Notes: generated by a model from the sequence alone, not told the origin. A stretch of 64,000 bases of DNA from an uncultured Methanosarcinales archaeon (GCA_964344235.1 CAYFMJ010000002.1:127601-191600), one strand, 5' to 3'. Counted from the first letter of the stretch, positions 10,311 through 20,397 are shown. Numbers and translations: made by a program.

Positions 10311-10709
10311 ATGGAAGAACAAGAAATACAGCAAAAATTTATGCAATTTCAACAGCTACAGCAGCATATTGAACAGATTACTGAACATATCCAGAAACTG
10401 AATCAACAAAATATGGAAATTCAGGAATCAATTACTGCGTTACAGGAGTATTCTAAAGTTGAGGATGGTAGAGAAGTTTTAGCGCCGATTGCTAATGGTA
10501 TTTTTGTTAAGGCGAAAGCAGAAGGGGGGGAGAAGTTATTAGTAAATGTTGGTGCGAATACAGTAGTTGAGAAAACAGTAGAGCAAGTTGTTGGTTTGTT
10601 AGAGGAACAACAGAAGAAAGCACTTACGAAGATTGGTGAAGCAGAGAATTTAGTGGAAGGGTTTCAGAAGCAAACAATGGAGATTTATGAAGAGATTCAG
10701 AAGGCGTGA
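10311..10709 (+). CDS. pfdA: Prefoldin alpha subunit
   Basis: Coiled coil - VLAPIANGIFVKA...LLVNVGANTVVEK - coiled coil. Confidence 0.92.
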   Translation: MEEQEIQQKFMQFQQLQQHIEQITEHIQKLNQQNMEIQESITALQEYSKVEDGREVLAPIANGIFVKAKAEGGEKLLVNVGANTVVEKTVEQVVGLLEEQQKKALTKIGEAENLVEGFQKQTMEIYEEIQKA

Positions 10710-12292
10710 AGATGTTTGGTAAACTTAAGGATAAGTTAAAAGGGGCGTTGAATGTTTTTTCTAAGAAGACTGAGGAAGAAGCAGTTGATATTCCAGAAGA
10801 AGAGTTAGAGAAGGTAGAAGAAGTTTCTGAAGAAGTACCGGAAGAGAAACCTGAGCCTGTACAGGAAAAAATTCCAACAGCTGAAGATCTTGTTAAAGAA
10901 ACAAAAGAGAAGTTTTCTAAACCCAGGAAAGTTGAGAAGAAAAAAGTTATGGCGCAGGATGTGGTGGATGACAAGCCTGCGAAGAAACCAGTGAAGAATA
11001 TTCCAAAGGAAATTGAGAAAGAGAAGGTTGTTGAAACGGTTGAGGAAACTGTAAAAGAAGAAGAGCCAGTTATTGAAGAAGCGAAAGAGGAGCCTGTTGA
11101 ATCAGAAGAAAAGATTGTTGAAGAGGTAAAGTCTGAGGAGAAAGAAGAGCCTATCACTGAAGAGAAGACCGAGGAACCGAAAGAAGAGTCGTCTGGGTTT
11201 TTTGGAAAAGTAAAATCGTTCTTTGGAAAGAAAGATGAAGAAGTTGAAGAAACAAAAGAAGGTGTTGATAAAGAATTACAGAAAGAATCCACGGAAGAAA
11301 AGCCAGCAGCAGAATCAAAAGAAGTAACGAAATCAGAAGAAACAGCCGAAGAAATCAAAGAAGAAAAAACAGAAGAGCCAGAAGCTGTTGAAGAAGTAAA
11401 AGAGGAAGAACCAGAGAAGAAAGGGTTCTTTGGGAAAGTAAAAGAATCACTAACAACGAAAAAGATTACGGCAGATAAATTTGAGAGTTTATTCTGGGAG
11501 TTAGAAGTTGTATTATTAGAAAATAATGTTTCTGTAGAAGTTATTGAGAAAATTAAAGAGGATTTGAAAGAAGAGTTAGTTGACAAACCACTCCCACGAG
11601 ACGTTCTTGGAAAGATTAACGATACACTACAGAAAACGTTGAATGATATTCTAGAATTTGAAACTGTTGATCTACTCAAAAATATTGAAGCGAAAGAAGG
11701 GCCGTATGTTGTTGCGTTGTTTGGCATTAACGGTGCAGGGAAAACGACTTCAATAGCTAAGTTAACGCATTATCTCAAAGAAAATGGCAAGTCTGTGGTG
11801 TTAGCAGCATGTGATACTTTTAGGGCAGCAGCAATTCAACAATTAGGAGAGCATGCAGAACGATTAGATGTGAAGATGATTAAGCATGATTATGGTTCTG
11901 ATTCAGCGGCAGTTGCGTATGATGCAATTAAGTATGCTGAGAAAAATAATGTTGATGTTGTGTTAATTGATACAGCAGGGAGATTGCATAGTAATACAAA
12001 CTTAATGGCGGAATTGGAGAAGATAATTAGAGTAACGAATCCAGATTTGAAAATTTTTGTTGGCGAATCAATTACAGGAAATGATTGTGTTGAACAAGCG
12101 AGAAAGTTTAATGAGTTAGTGCAGATGGATGGTGCTATTCTAACGAAAGCAGATGTTGATGAGAAAGGGGGAGCACCTCTTTCAATTTCGTATGTGATTG
12201 GAAAGCCGATTTTATTTCTAGGAGTGGGTCAGGAGTATAAAGATTTAGAGAAATTCGACAAAGAGAAGATGTTAACGAGATTAGGGTTTTAA
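10706..12292 (+). CDS. ftsY: Signal recognition particle receptor FtsY
   Basis: Acidic N-domain; GINGAGKTT, DTFRAAA, DTAGR, TKADVDEKGG. Confidence 0.96.
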   Translation: MKMFGKLKDKLKGALNVFSKKTEEEAVDIPEEELEKVEEVSEEVPEEKPEPVQEKIPTAEDLVKETKEKFSKPRKVEKKKVMAQDVVDDKPAKKPVKNIPKEIEKEKVVETVEETVKEEEPVIEEAKEEPVESEEKIVEEVKSEEKEEPITEEKTEEPKEESSGFFGKVKSFFGKKDEEVEETKEGVDKELQKESTEEKPAAESKEVTKSEETAEEIKEEKTEEPEAVEEVKEEEPEKKGFFGKVKESLTTKKITADKFESLFWELEVVLLENNVSVEVIEKIKEDLKEELVDKPLPRDVLGKINDTLQKTLNDILEFETVDLLKNIEAKEGPYVVALFGINGAGKTTSIAKLTHYLKENGKSVVLAACDTFRAAAIQQLGEHAERLDVKMIKHDYGSDSAAVAYDAIKYAEKNNVDVVLIDTAGRLHSNTNLMAELEKIIRVTNPDLKIFVGESITGNDCVEQARKFNELVQMDGAILTKADVDEKGGAPLSISYVIGKPILFLGVGQEYKDLEKFDKEKMLTRLGF

Positions 12293-13644
12293 GCTGCTTC
12301 TTTGAAGAATTGGTCATAGATTTGACTCACAGCTTCATATCCTCGGTCTCTATCTACTGTAAGAACAAGACAGGGGCTGTTAAAACCCTTCTGATGAGCT
12401 CTCACTTTTATGTTTGCGTCATCTAAGTGTAGAAGTGTGTTTGCGATGTCTCTTTGACTTAGACCCTGGCCAGCTACTACAATGACTCCCACATCATCAA
12501 TAACTCTGACTGCGTCTTCAGGAAGGTACCCTTCATGTCCCCTGCGAACTTGGTCTAGGATTCTGTGCTTAACTCTTGTAACTTCATTAACGCCAGATAA
12601 CTCCTCGCGGTCAAAAACAAATGATGTGTCATCAACGCCCGAGAAAGCAAATTGTAGTGACCTGTCTTCTCTTTCTTCATTTTGGTATCTAGCTGCATCT
12701 AACACTCTTCTAACAACTCCTGCACTATCGTTTAAGCCAAAAGCGCTATTGTGATATACAACTAAGTCCTCTCGGTATCCAATCCCAACGACAGGATGTC
12801 CTGGCTTTGATAATCTATCGCTTACTACATAGGTGCCTTCTTCAGGGAATTGATTTGTTCCTCTTATGTGAACGGGGATTGGTGTTCCTTCTAATGGTGT
12901 GATTGCTTCTGGGTTGATGATTTCCATTCCGGAATAAGAAAGAATTCTCATCTCTAAACGAGTTATCTCTCTGACTATATCCGTTCCCGCTAATATCTTC
13001 GGGTGAACGACACGTAGTGGGCCGTCTGTAAAGTTTTCATAAACATCAACATCAAGGCCTCGTGAAATAACTCCGCCGCTTTTGTCTGATCCTCCGAAAG
13101 TGAATGTGGCCAGTTCTCCACCAATTCCTCCATAAAAGCCAGGGAAGACGAGTGTCGCTTTTTCATCTCTTAATCTTGCAAGTCTTTCGTAGGTCTCTGA
13201 GGTTACTCTTGCTTTATCAAAAGAACCCCCCAACACGAGGAATTCAAGTGGGTCGATAAATTGACCGTCAATTTCTTCTGCAAATAATCGTGCTTGCCAT
13301 TCTTCTCCGAACGCTTTGAGTGCAGCTAAATACCTCGCTTCTGGAAGTTTACTTTCGAAACGTTCTGTTAAAGACTGTTTAACTCTATCCGCACTTCCAG
13401 GGTAGATTTCTTCATAACGGCCAACGATTTTGTTGATGGTTATTCTCGCTGCAGCACTGTCTGATCTTTCCCCTGCTAATCTAACAAGAAGTTTTGTGAC
13501 TCTGATATCGTCATCATAACGGCTCCCAGGTGCGGAGAGAACAACGTATTGAATGCCTCCCTCGCTCATAACCTCTGCAACTTTTAATATTTTTTTTCTT
13601 GTTGCGGTTGAAGTTCCACCGAATTTAGCGAGTTTCCGTGTCAT
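12289..13644 (-). CDS. lysC: Aspartate kinase (divergent), with ACT-like C-terminus
   Basis: KFGGTS, VVLSAPG, FPGFYG, TFGGSD, G+E in the SYSGMEII region. Confidence 0.8.
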   Translation of the reverse strand: MTRKLAKFGGTSTATRKKILKVAEVMSEGGIQYVVLSAPGSRYDDDIRVTKLLVRLAGERSDSAAARITINKIVGRYEEIYPGSADRVKQSLTERFESKLPEARYLAALKAFGEEWQARLFAEEIDGQFIDPLEFLVLGGSFDKARVTSETYERLARLRDEKATLVFPGFYGGIGGELATFTFGGSDKSGGVISRGLDVDVYENFTDGPLRVVHPKILAGTDIVREITRLEMRILSYSGMEIINPEAITPLEGTPIPVHIRGTNQFPEEGTYVVSDRLSKPGHPVVGIGYREDLVVYHNSAFGLNDSAGVVRRVLDAARYQNEEREDRSLQFAFSGVDDTSFVFDREELSGVNEVTRVKHRILDQVRRGHEGYLPEDAVRVIDDVGVIVVAGQGLSQRDIANTLLHLDDANIKVRAHQKGFNSPCLVLTVDRDRGYEAVSQIYDQFFKEAA

Positions 13645-13670
13645 TTTGTGTCAGTTTACGTTATTCTTAT

Positions 13671-14441
13671 TTAAACTTGTTTTCTGTAACGTGGTTCTGG
13701 TTGGTTAGTGGCTGTTTTCTGAGCTTCGAATCTTTCGTATGCATCTCCAAGCCAAAGGATTAATTCCACTCCCATTGGTGCTCTGGAATCAACTCCGTAT
13801 GTTGCTTGAAGATATTCGAAGCAGTCTTGGCTTGGTTTCTTGAATACGGGACAACCTCTTGCTTTACCGTGACCAAGTCTCTTGGCAACTTCCATGTCTA
13901 AGCCTTTTGGCGAATCCCTATCAATTAAATCTATGTCAACAGGGTCCATATATGTTGGGCCTTCCATAACTCCAATAGCAGCTTTTGTTGCTCCGAGATG
14001 AGACAAACTTACATGTCCAAGGGTGGCTGTGGCCGTTAGATATTTTCTGGGTTCGCGAGCGTAGGTTTCTTTGAGTTTTAATGCCACTCTAACTGCAGTG
14101 AGGAGCCCTTTTTCCCCTATTGTTCTCAAAGTTGGAAACCCATGGGGAACTGCAACACGGCAATATGGGGAGGTTCGTACAACCAAGTCTACTTCTCGTA
14201 TTTTTTTATCAACGTATGTGGCGTGGTCTTGTTTGGTTATGAATTTCCACCAGGTCTGCACCATAGATGCTTCTAAAATTTCTCTTAGGCTTGTTCTGCT
14301 TTCTTTTGGAATTGGTTCCTGGCCGTTAACTGCAAGTTTATGTTCTTCCCACCAAATTCTAAATACATCGGTTAAACCTTGTTCATATGCTCTAAACCCA
14401 GCGGTTTGTTGTGTTGCGATGCTTGCATCGATTGAACCCAT
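13671..14441 (-). CDS. Hypothetical protein
   Basis: 256-aa ORF; no recognised motif. Confidence 0.6.
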   Translation of the reverse strand: MGSIDASIATQQTAGFRAYEQGLTDVFRIWWEEHKLAVNGQEPIPKESRTSLREILEASMVQTWWKFITKQDHATYVDKKIREVDLVVRTSPYCRVAVPHGFPTLRTIGEKGLLTAVRVALKLKETYAREPRKYLTATATLGHVSLSHLGATKAAIGVMEGPTYMDPVDIDLIDRDSPKGLDMEVAKRLGHGKARGCPVFKKPSQDCFEYLQATYGVDSRAPMGVELILWLGDAYERFEAQKTATNQPEPRYRKQV

Positions 14442-14543
14442 TTTTGCTTCAAATTGGCTTCTATTTAAATCACTATTGGTTAGTGGTGGCCGTATTCTCT
14501 ATTTTTAGAAAATCTTTAAATATACACTCTTTAGCAAGCCATT

Positions 14544-14639
14544 ATGACATCATTTTATATCCATACGTATGGTTGCTCAGCGAATGTGGCGGACTCTGAA
14601 CAGATGAAGACCCACTCCCCACCGGTCAAGTCCGGATAA
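14544..14639 (+). pseudogene. Orphaned 5' end of mtaB (31-codon mini-ORF)
   Basis: Manual translation MTSFYIHTYGCSANVADSEQM-KTHSPPVKSG*; residues 10-21 are identical to those of the intact gene at 15630. Confidence 0.88.
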
Positions 14640-14641
14640 AG

Positions 14642-14649
14642 TATATAAA
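14642..14649 (+). promoter_or_regulatory. TATA-box candidate for the LAGLIDADG gene
   Basis: TATATAAA right after the mini-ORF stop, about 40 nt upstream of ATG 14689. Confidence 0.5.
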
Positions 14650-14688
14650 CAATTTCTTAGAATATTTTTGTTCATCAAAGGGGTTGAG

Positions 14689-15633
14689 ATGAACAAAAAA
14701 TATCACTTCGAAATTGAACAAATTCTTGAGCTAGCAGATTTGTATGAGCTGGGAGTTCCTTTGAGAACCATTGCAAAAATTCATGGAATGAACTCTGCTA
14801 CTCTTTGGCATAGACTCAAAAAGTATGAAGAACAAGAATTATTTCAGTTTAGGTCACGCTCTGAAACAGTCTTAATGACCTTGTCGAAGAGTAGAACTAG
14901 CCCAAAAGGAGAAAAAACCAAGCGAGTTAAGGATTGGTTTAAGAATTTTGGAAGAGAAGGGATACTAGATATTCTTACTGTGTTTCTTCTTGTTGAAGCC
15001 TCAGCTGATTATAAGTATGGAATGATAAGACTGACTAATTCTGATGAAACACTACTTCAAATATTTACAGACATACTCTTATTACTTAACTTGGAACCAA
15101 GACAAACAATCGATTCGAGAAATAATTTGCGAGTTGTTTTTAGTAGGAATTCTAGAACTCGGAAAGTGTTAGATGAAATTTATGTAAGAACTCCCACTAC
15201 CAAACACCAACCACGGAGGGGCACCGAAAATTGGGAAATGTATTTGAAGACAACGCAACCCAATTTGCTTTGGTTGTATGGTCGATCGAGAAAATTAATT
15301 GAACTGTGTTTTCGAATCGCAATGTCCTGTGATGGTTCCGTTTTTAGGAGCAGGGGTATTAAGCATCTCCCCGATAGACCACAATTAACCCTAGTCTGTT
15401 TTCATCCGCTATTACTTTTACAATGGAAAGAGATAGCTAGCCTAATTGGACTCAACATGAATATCTCGGGGAAAAGAATTCGATCCAGGAGTATCGAAAC
15501 TTCACGCAAATTTTTAAAAATGGGTGCCTTTTTAGAAGGTGTGAGGATATCCTCCAAAGGATCAAAACAATTTCGGGGAATAGAGAAAAATACCCGGTTG
15601 AATGATTTATTGAATACATATGATTTAAGATGA
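14689..15633 (+). mobile_element. Free-standing LAGLIDADG-type homing endonuclease with N-terminal HTH
   Basis: HTH (LRTIAKIHGMNSATLWHRL); two degenerate motifs (LTVFLLVEAS..IRLTNSDETLLQIF and FRIAMSCDGSV); ATGA overlap with mtaB. Confidence 0.68.
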
Positions 15634-16910
15634 CAAATGTATATTTTTTTACACAGGGATGTAGTGCTAATGTTGCTGACTCAGAACAGATGGCAGGATT
15701 ACTGGAGCAAGCTAAATTTAGCATAGTTAACAGAATTCAAGAAGCACATGTTATTGTTATGAATTCGTGTTCAGTTAAATCACCTTCTGAATCTATGTTT
15801 TTCAAAACTTTGGAACAATTTAAGCAAGAACATCCGCATAAATTAATTGTGGTGGCTGGATGTATCCCAGAGGCTGATCCACGGAAGTTTAAAGAGTATT
15901 CAGTTGTTGGTACACAAAGCATTCATCATATCGTGCAGGTAGTGGAAGAAACACTGAATGATAATGTTTTACAGATTCTAGGAAATGAAGAAGTGCCACC
16001 ATTGGATATGCCGAAAGTGCGAAAGAATCCTGTTGTAGAAATTATTCCAATTAATAGAGGTTGTTTGGGAGCATGTACATTTTGTAAAACGAAACAAGCA
16101 CGGGGGAATTTGATCTCTTACTCTGTTGATGAAATAGTTGATGTTGCTCAAAAAGCGTTATCAGAAGGAGTGAAAGAGATTTGGTTAACTTCACAGGATA
16201 CATTTTGTTACGGTTTTGATATTGGGACAGATATTGTGGAGTTGCTCAATGAGTTGGTTAAGTTAGATGGTGATTTCTTTATTCGTGTGGGAATGGGTAA
16301 CCCAGATCATATGCCGAAAGTGCAGGAGGGGTTAATTGAGGTGTATAAACATCCGAAGATTTTCAAGTTTTTGCATTTACCATTACAAGCAGGTCATAAT
16401 TATACTCTGCAGCAGATGCGTCGGAGGTATACAGTGCAGCAATTTAGAGATACAGTCGATGCATTTAGGAAAGCGATTCCTGAAATTAATTTGATGACTG
16501 ATATTATTGTGGGGTATCCAACAGAAAATGAAGATCATTTCTGGGGAACGTTGCAAGCTGTTAGACGAGTAACGCCAGATTCAATTAATATTTCACGGTT
16601 CTGGCCACGGCCAGGTACGCCTGCTGCTGAATTAAAACCGTTAGATGGTGGAGAGGTAAAGAAACGATCAACAGTGATAACAGATATTTTTCATAATATA
16701 TCTACCCTGCAAAATGAACGATGGAAAGGTTGGGAAGGTTCTGTGTTAATTGATGAGAAAGGAAAGGATGGTCAATGGATTGGTCGGAATTATTGTTATA
16801 AACCAGTGATTGTTGAAGGGGATTTTAATTTAGGTGATTCAGTTAAAGTTCGGATTGTGAAAACTGGATTATTTGATTTACGGGGGGAAGTAGTGAATGG
16901 TACAGCGTGA
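15630..16910 (+). CDS. mtaB: tRNA methylthiotransferase, MtaB/CDKAL1-like
   Basis: TQGCSAN, NSCSVK, VAGC, GCLGACTFC radical SAM motif, TRAM domain. Confidence 0.93.
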   Translation: MTNVYFFTQGCSANVADSEQMAGLLEQAKFSIVNRIQEAHVIVMNSCSVKSPSESMFFKTLEQFKQEHPHKLIVVAGCIPEADPRKFKEYSVVGTQSIHHIVQVVEETLNDNVLQILGNEEVPPLDMPKVRKNPVVEIIPINRGCLGACTFCKTKQARGNLISYSVDEIVDVAQKALSEGVKEIWLTSQDTFCYGFDIGTDIVELLNELVKLDGDFFIRVGMGNPDHMPKVQEGLIEVYKHPKIFKFLHLPLQAGHNYTLQQMRRRYTVQQFRDTVDAFRKAIPEINLMTDIIVGYPTENEDHFWGTLQAVRRVTPDSINISRFWPRPGTPAAELKPLDGGEVKKRSTVITDIFHNISTLQNERWKGWEGSVLIDEKGKDGQWIGRNYCYKPVIVEGDFNLGDSVKVRIVKTGLFDLRGEVVNGTA

Positions 16911-16951
16911 TGAAGCGAGATTATCTCTTGATGATACTGTAGGGGCTCCCA

Positions 16952-17248
16952 GTGTTGAGAACTCTTTCAACAAGGAAAGCTAAATGGGGTTTTGCTCTTA
17001 CAACTATGGTTGCTGCATTTTATGTAGGAGATTCAAATCCAGATGTTGTTTCATTACCTCAAAATGCTTGGGAATATTTGCTTGCTGGCGTTCCTGCCGT
17101 TGGTACTGTGATTTCGTCTGGACTTGTAAATGGTCGCTATGCTTCACGCCAGGATTTTGAAACAATGTTTTCGGAAGGTCTTGCAAAAGGAACGAAATTA
17201 GCAGTTTTTAGTGCAATGCTTGGTTATGCCGCTGGATCTTTCTTCTAA
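16952..17248 (+). CDS. Small hypothetical membrane protein
   Basis: 98 aa with 2-3 hydrophobic segments. Confidence 0.5.
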   Translation: MLRTLSTRKAKWGFALTTMVAAFYVGDSNPDVVSLPQNAWEYLLAGVPAVGTVISSGLVNGRYASRQDFETMFSEGLAKGTKLAVFSAMLGYAAGSFF

Positions 17249-17290
17249 TTATTCGAAACTATTAAAAATCACTTTCATTCTATCTGTGAA

Positions 17291-19036
17291 ATGAATGCAA
17301 AAGAGTTACGGGAGAAGTATTTTAATTTCTTTAAGGAGAAAGGACATGCTATTATTCCCTCAGCATCATTAATTCCAATGAATGATGCGTCAGTATTATT
17401 CAACACAGCAGGAATGCAACCACTTGTTCCGTATTTGATGGGAAATGTTCATCCTGCCGGCAAAAGATTAGTTAATTTACAGAAATGTTTACGAACGGTT
17501 GACTTTGAAAATATTGGAGATAATACGCACCATACGTTTTTCCAGATGTTAGGGAATTGGTCACTAGGGGATTATTTTAAGAAAGATACGATCGCCTGGA
17601 GTTTTGAATTCTTAACAGAAGTGTTGCAATTACCCTTAAACATGCTGGCGTTTACTGTGTATAAAGGTGATGACGTTGTGCCTGCGGATGAGGAAGCGGC
17701 ACAGTTCTGGGAAGCGCATGGAGTTCCTAGAAAAAGAATTGCATTTTTAGGGAAAGATAACTTCTGGTCGGCTGGTGAGACGGGTCCATGTGGTCCATCA
17801 ACAGAGATGTTTTATTGGACGGGTAAAGGAGAAGCGCCAGAGGAGTTTGATGCAGAGGATGAGCAGTGGGTGGAGATTTGGAATGATGTATTTATGACGT
17901 ATAATCGGGATGACAAGGGTAATCTGTCTCCATTACAACAAAAGAACGTCGATACAGGAATGGGTTTTGAAAGGGCATTAGCAGTGTTGAATGGGAAAGA
18001 GAGTGCATATGAAACGTCGTTATTTGCTGGTGCGATTCTCAAGTTAACAGAGTTAAGTGGAAGAAACTATGCGGACTGCAAGAAAGAGATGCGCATTGTT
18101 GTTGACCATTTACGAGCAGCAGTGTTTGTGTTAGGTGATGAGAATGGTGTTGTGCCGTCAAATGTTGATAGGGGATATATTTTACGACGATTGATTCGAA
18201 GAGCGATTCGGTTTGCCAAACAGATTGGTATTGATGAAATGTTCACTGCTGAGATTAGCAAGATCTTCATTGCAGAGTATGGTGAGTATTATACGGAGTT
18301 AGAGAAGAATAAAGAAAAGATTATTGGTGAGTTACAGAAAGAGGAACAGAAATTTGCATTGACGTTAGAGAAGGGATTGCGTGTGTTTGAGAAGTTAGCT
18401 GCGCAAGCAGATGTTATTTCTGGAAAAGATGCGTTCTTATTATTCCAATCATATGGTTTTCCATTAGAGATGACGCAGGAGTTAGCAATGGAACAGGGAA
18501 TTAGTGTTGATGAAGCTGTGTTTAAAGAAGAATATGAAAAACACCAGGGCTTATCTCGAACAGCATCTGCAGGGAAGTTTAAAGGCGGCTTAGCAGATAA
18601 TTCCCCTGAAACAACTCGGTTACATACAGCTACTCACTTATTGGCTGAGGCGTTACGAAGAGTGTTAGGTTCTGAGGTTAAGCAGCGAGGTTCGAATATT
18701 ACGCCTGAAAGACTGCGGTTTGATTTTACATTTGATAGAAAGTTAACGCCGGAAGAGATTAAAGCAGTTGAAGATGAAGTGAATAAAGTTATTGATTCTC
18801 ATGTTGAAGTTAGGCGAGTAGAGATGACGAAAGAGGAAGCAGTGAGGTTAGGTGCACAAATGGAGTTCGGTGCAAAGTATCCAGACAGAGTGAGCGTCTA
18901 TTTTGTTGGTGAGTATTCTAAAGAATTTTGTGGTGGACCGCACGTAAAGAATACGTCTGAGATTGGACATTTTAAAATTGTGAAAGAGAAAAGTTCTTCT
19001 GGTGGTGTGAGACGGATTAAGGCTGTTTTGGAGTAA
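17291..19036 (+). CDS. alaS: Alanyl-tRNA synthetase, short form (no C-Ala domain)
   Basis: LFNTAGMQP, QKCLRT, HTATH and CGGPHV editing motifs; ends at GVRRIKAVLE. Confidence 0.96.
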   Translation: MNAKELREKYFNFFKEKGHAIIPSASLIPMNDASVLFNTAGMQPLVPYLMGNVHPAGKRLVNLQKCLRTVDFENIGDNTHHTFFQMLGNWSLGDYFKKDTIAWSFEFLTEVLQLPLNMLAFTVYKGDDVVPADEEAAQFWEAHGVPRKRIAFLGKDNFWSAGETGPCGPSTEMFYWTGKGEAPEEFDAEDEQWVEIWNDVFMTYNRDDKGNLSPLQQKNVDTGMGFERALAVLNGKESAYETSLFAGAILKLTELSGRNYADCKKEMRIVVDHLRAAVFVLGDENGVVPSNVDRGYILRRLIRRAIRFAKQIGIDEMFTAEISKIFIAEYGEYYTELEKNKEKIIGELQKEEQKFALTLEKGLRVFEKLAAQADVISGKDAFLLFQSYGFPLEMTQELAMEQGISVDEAVFKEEYEKHQGLSRTASAGKFKGGLADNSPETTRLHTATHLLAEALRRVLGSEVKQRGSNITPERLRFDFTFDRKLTPEEIKAVEDEVNKVIDSHVEVRRVEMTKEEAVRLGAQMEFGAKYPDRVSVYFVGEYSKEFCGGPHVKNTSEIGHFKIVKEKSSSGGVRRIKAVLE

Positions 19037-19038
19037 TT

Positions 19039-19659
19039 CTATAAACTTCTGTCAATAAAATCTCCCTCATTTCTTAGTAGCATTTCGGGAACGACTGGAT
19101 GTTGTTTTACTGCCTCTGGAAATGGTACCTCATACTCAAAACGGAATTGGGAACTTGGATCGAGGGTAGCTACGCTCACTGGAAGAAGAGGGACGTAAAA
19201 TGTACATTGGTCATCGCTTGCAGCGTATGTTGGTGCCCCAAACTGGGTAAAGTGAATGTTTGCTAGTACTGTTGCTCCCTCGCAAGTTGCTTGCGTAAAT
19301 TCAAGCTCACGGTATGGCGGAAAGCGAAAGTCTTCGCCCGCTTCTAATACTTCGTTAAGACGCCACCATTGCCATCGAACTTCGTCTGCAAGATGTTTCA
19401 AGGAGATTTCTCGAAGATATACTGATATGTCATTCTCTGCAATAGTATTCAGACTTCTTTCCATAATTGGTCTTAATTCTGTGTCTAGACAAAGTGCTGT
19501 AAGAACCCAATCTGCTCTGCCGTAATAAAAGCCGGTTTCAAATAATAGCTCTGGATGGCTCTCTTCAATTTCTGTTGCTATGTGTTTGCCCACCCTTCTT
19601 TTGAACTTCTCAAAGTACTTGTAGTGTGCTTTCAGTGATTCAAGGAAGAGGTCTCTCAT
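19039..19659 (-). CDS. Hypothetical protein
   Basis: Start moved to ATG 19659 because the longer ORF overlaps tRNA-Gly. Confidence 0.55.
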   Translation of the reverse strand: MRDLFLESLKAHYKYFEKFKRRVGKHIATEIEESHPELLFETGFYYGRADWVLTALCLDTELRPIMERSLNTIAENDISVYLREISLKHLADEVRWQWWRLNEVLEAGEDFRFPPYRELEFTQATCEGATVLANIHFTQFGAPTYAASDDQCTFYVPLLPVSVATLDPSSQFRFEYEVPFPEAVKQHPVVPEMLLRNEGDFIDRSL

Positions 19660-19677
19660 TGTGTAAAAGTAAATGAA

Positions 19678-19795
19678 TGCGCGGGCCGGGACTTTCCAAA
19701 ACACTGTTTTTTACAATGTAATACTTGAACCCGGGTCACAGCGTCTTTGCTGAAGCAATGGCAACGCCGTATACTAACCACTATACTACCCACGC
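19678..19795 (-). tRNA. tRNA-Gly(GCC) with 2 introns: 37/38 (19745-19758) and 59/60 (about 19692-19723)
   Basis: Acceptor GCGUGGG/CCCGCGC-A; anticodon loop UUGCCA|A; canonical BHB central helix UUGC/GCAA; relaxed BHB in the T-loop; mature length 72 nt. Confidence 0.88.
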
Positions 19796-19871
19796 ACAAC
19801 CTCTCAAAGAAAATATGTTCTTAATAAACTTTACTAATCAGAAAAATAAAAGAAAGAAAAAAAAGATACTC

Positions 19872-20249
19872 TTAGTTTCGTGCTAGGCCAAACACAGCTC
19901 GTAATGCAACGATAATTGTCGCTGGTACGAATAGTGTTAAAATTCCTCGCAAGATGTTGCCAATCATTGGTGCAACTGCATCAAATACTCCTACTTGGAC
20001 CCCCAAGAAAGAGACTAATACTAACACCGTCCCACTGGTTAAGAAACCGGATGCTTCATTGTGGGAGACATTTAGCAGACCTACTACGACACCTAATAGG
20101 AATACAACCCATAACATTGTTGCTTGGTATGGTCCTGTAAAACCTAATCCGAGAAGTACTGCTAAGACAACACCAACGAGAAATGCCCAACTCCCTACTA
20201 GATGTGCGTTACTCCGCCGTGGAGCTGCTGCTCTTCGTCTTTTTGCCAT
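19872..20249 (-). CDS. Conserved hypothetical membrane protein (4 TM)
   Basis: Four hydrophobic helices; GAGGTGA Shine-Dalgarno upstream. Confidence 0.75.
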   Translation of the reverse strand: MAKRRRAAAPRRSNAHLVGSWAFLVGVVLAVLLGLGFTGPYQATMLWVVFLLGVVVGLLNVSHNEASGFLTSGTVLVLVSFLGVQVGVFDAVAPMIGNILRGILTLFVPATIIVALRAVFGLARN

Positions 20250-20397
20250 TTAACTATCACCTCTTTTTTTTAAGGGTCCTATGACGGGTTCCCTTATAGT
20301 TTCCTACTATTATTTTTTTATTTATATGTCTTTTGTTTTTTATCCGTCTATTTTTATAGCAAAAACTTAATAAAAGGGTTAGCGGTTTTCTGTGTAT

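Noticed and set aside
10624-11727. 367-aa Ser/Phe-rich minus-strand ORF and other long antisense ORFs (27728-28531, 40874-41575, 57049-57651)
   Set aside because: Codon-bias shadows of ftsY, rpoA', smc and cdc48.
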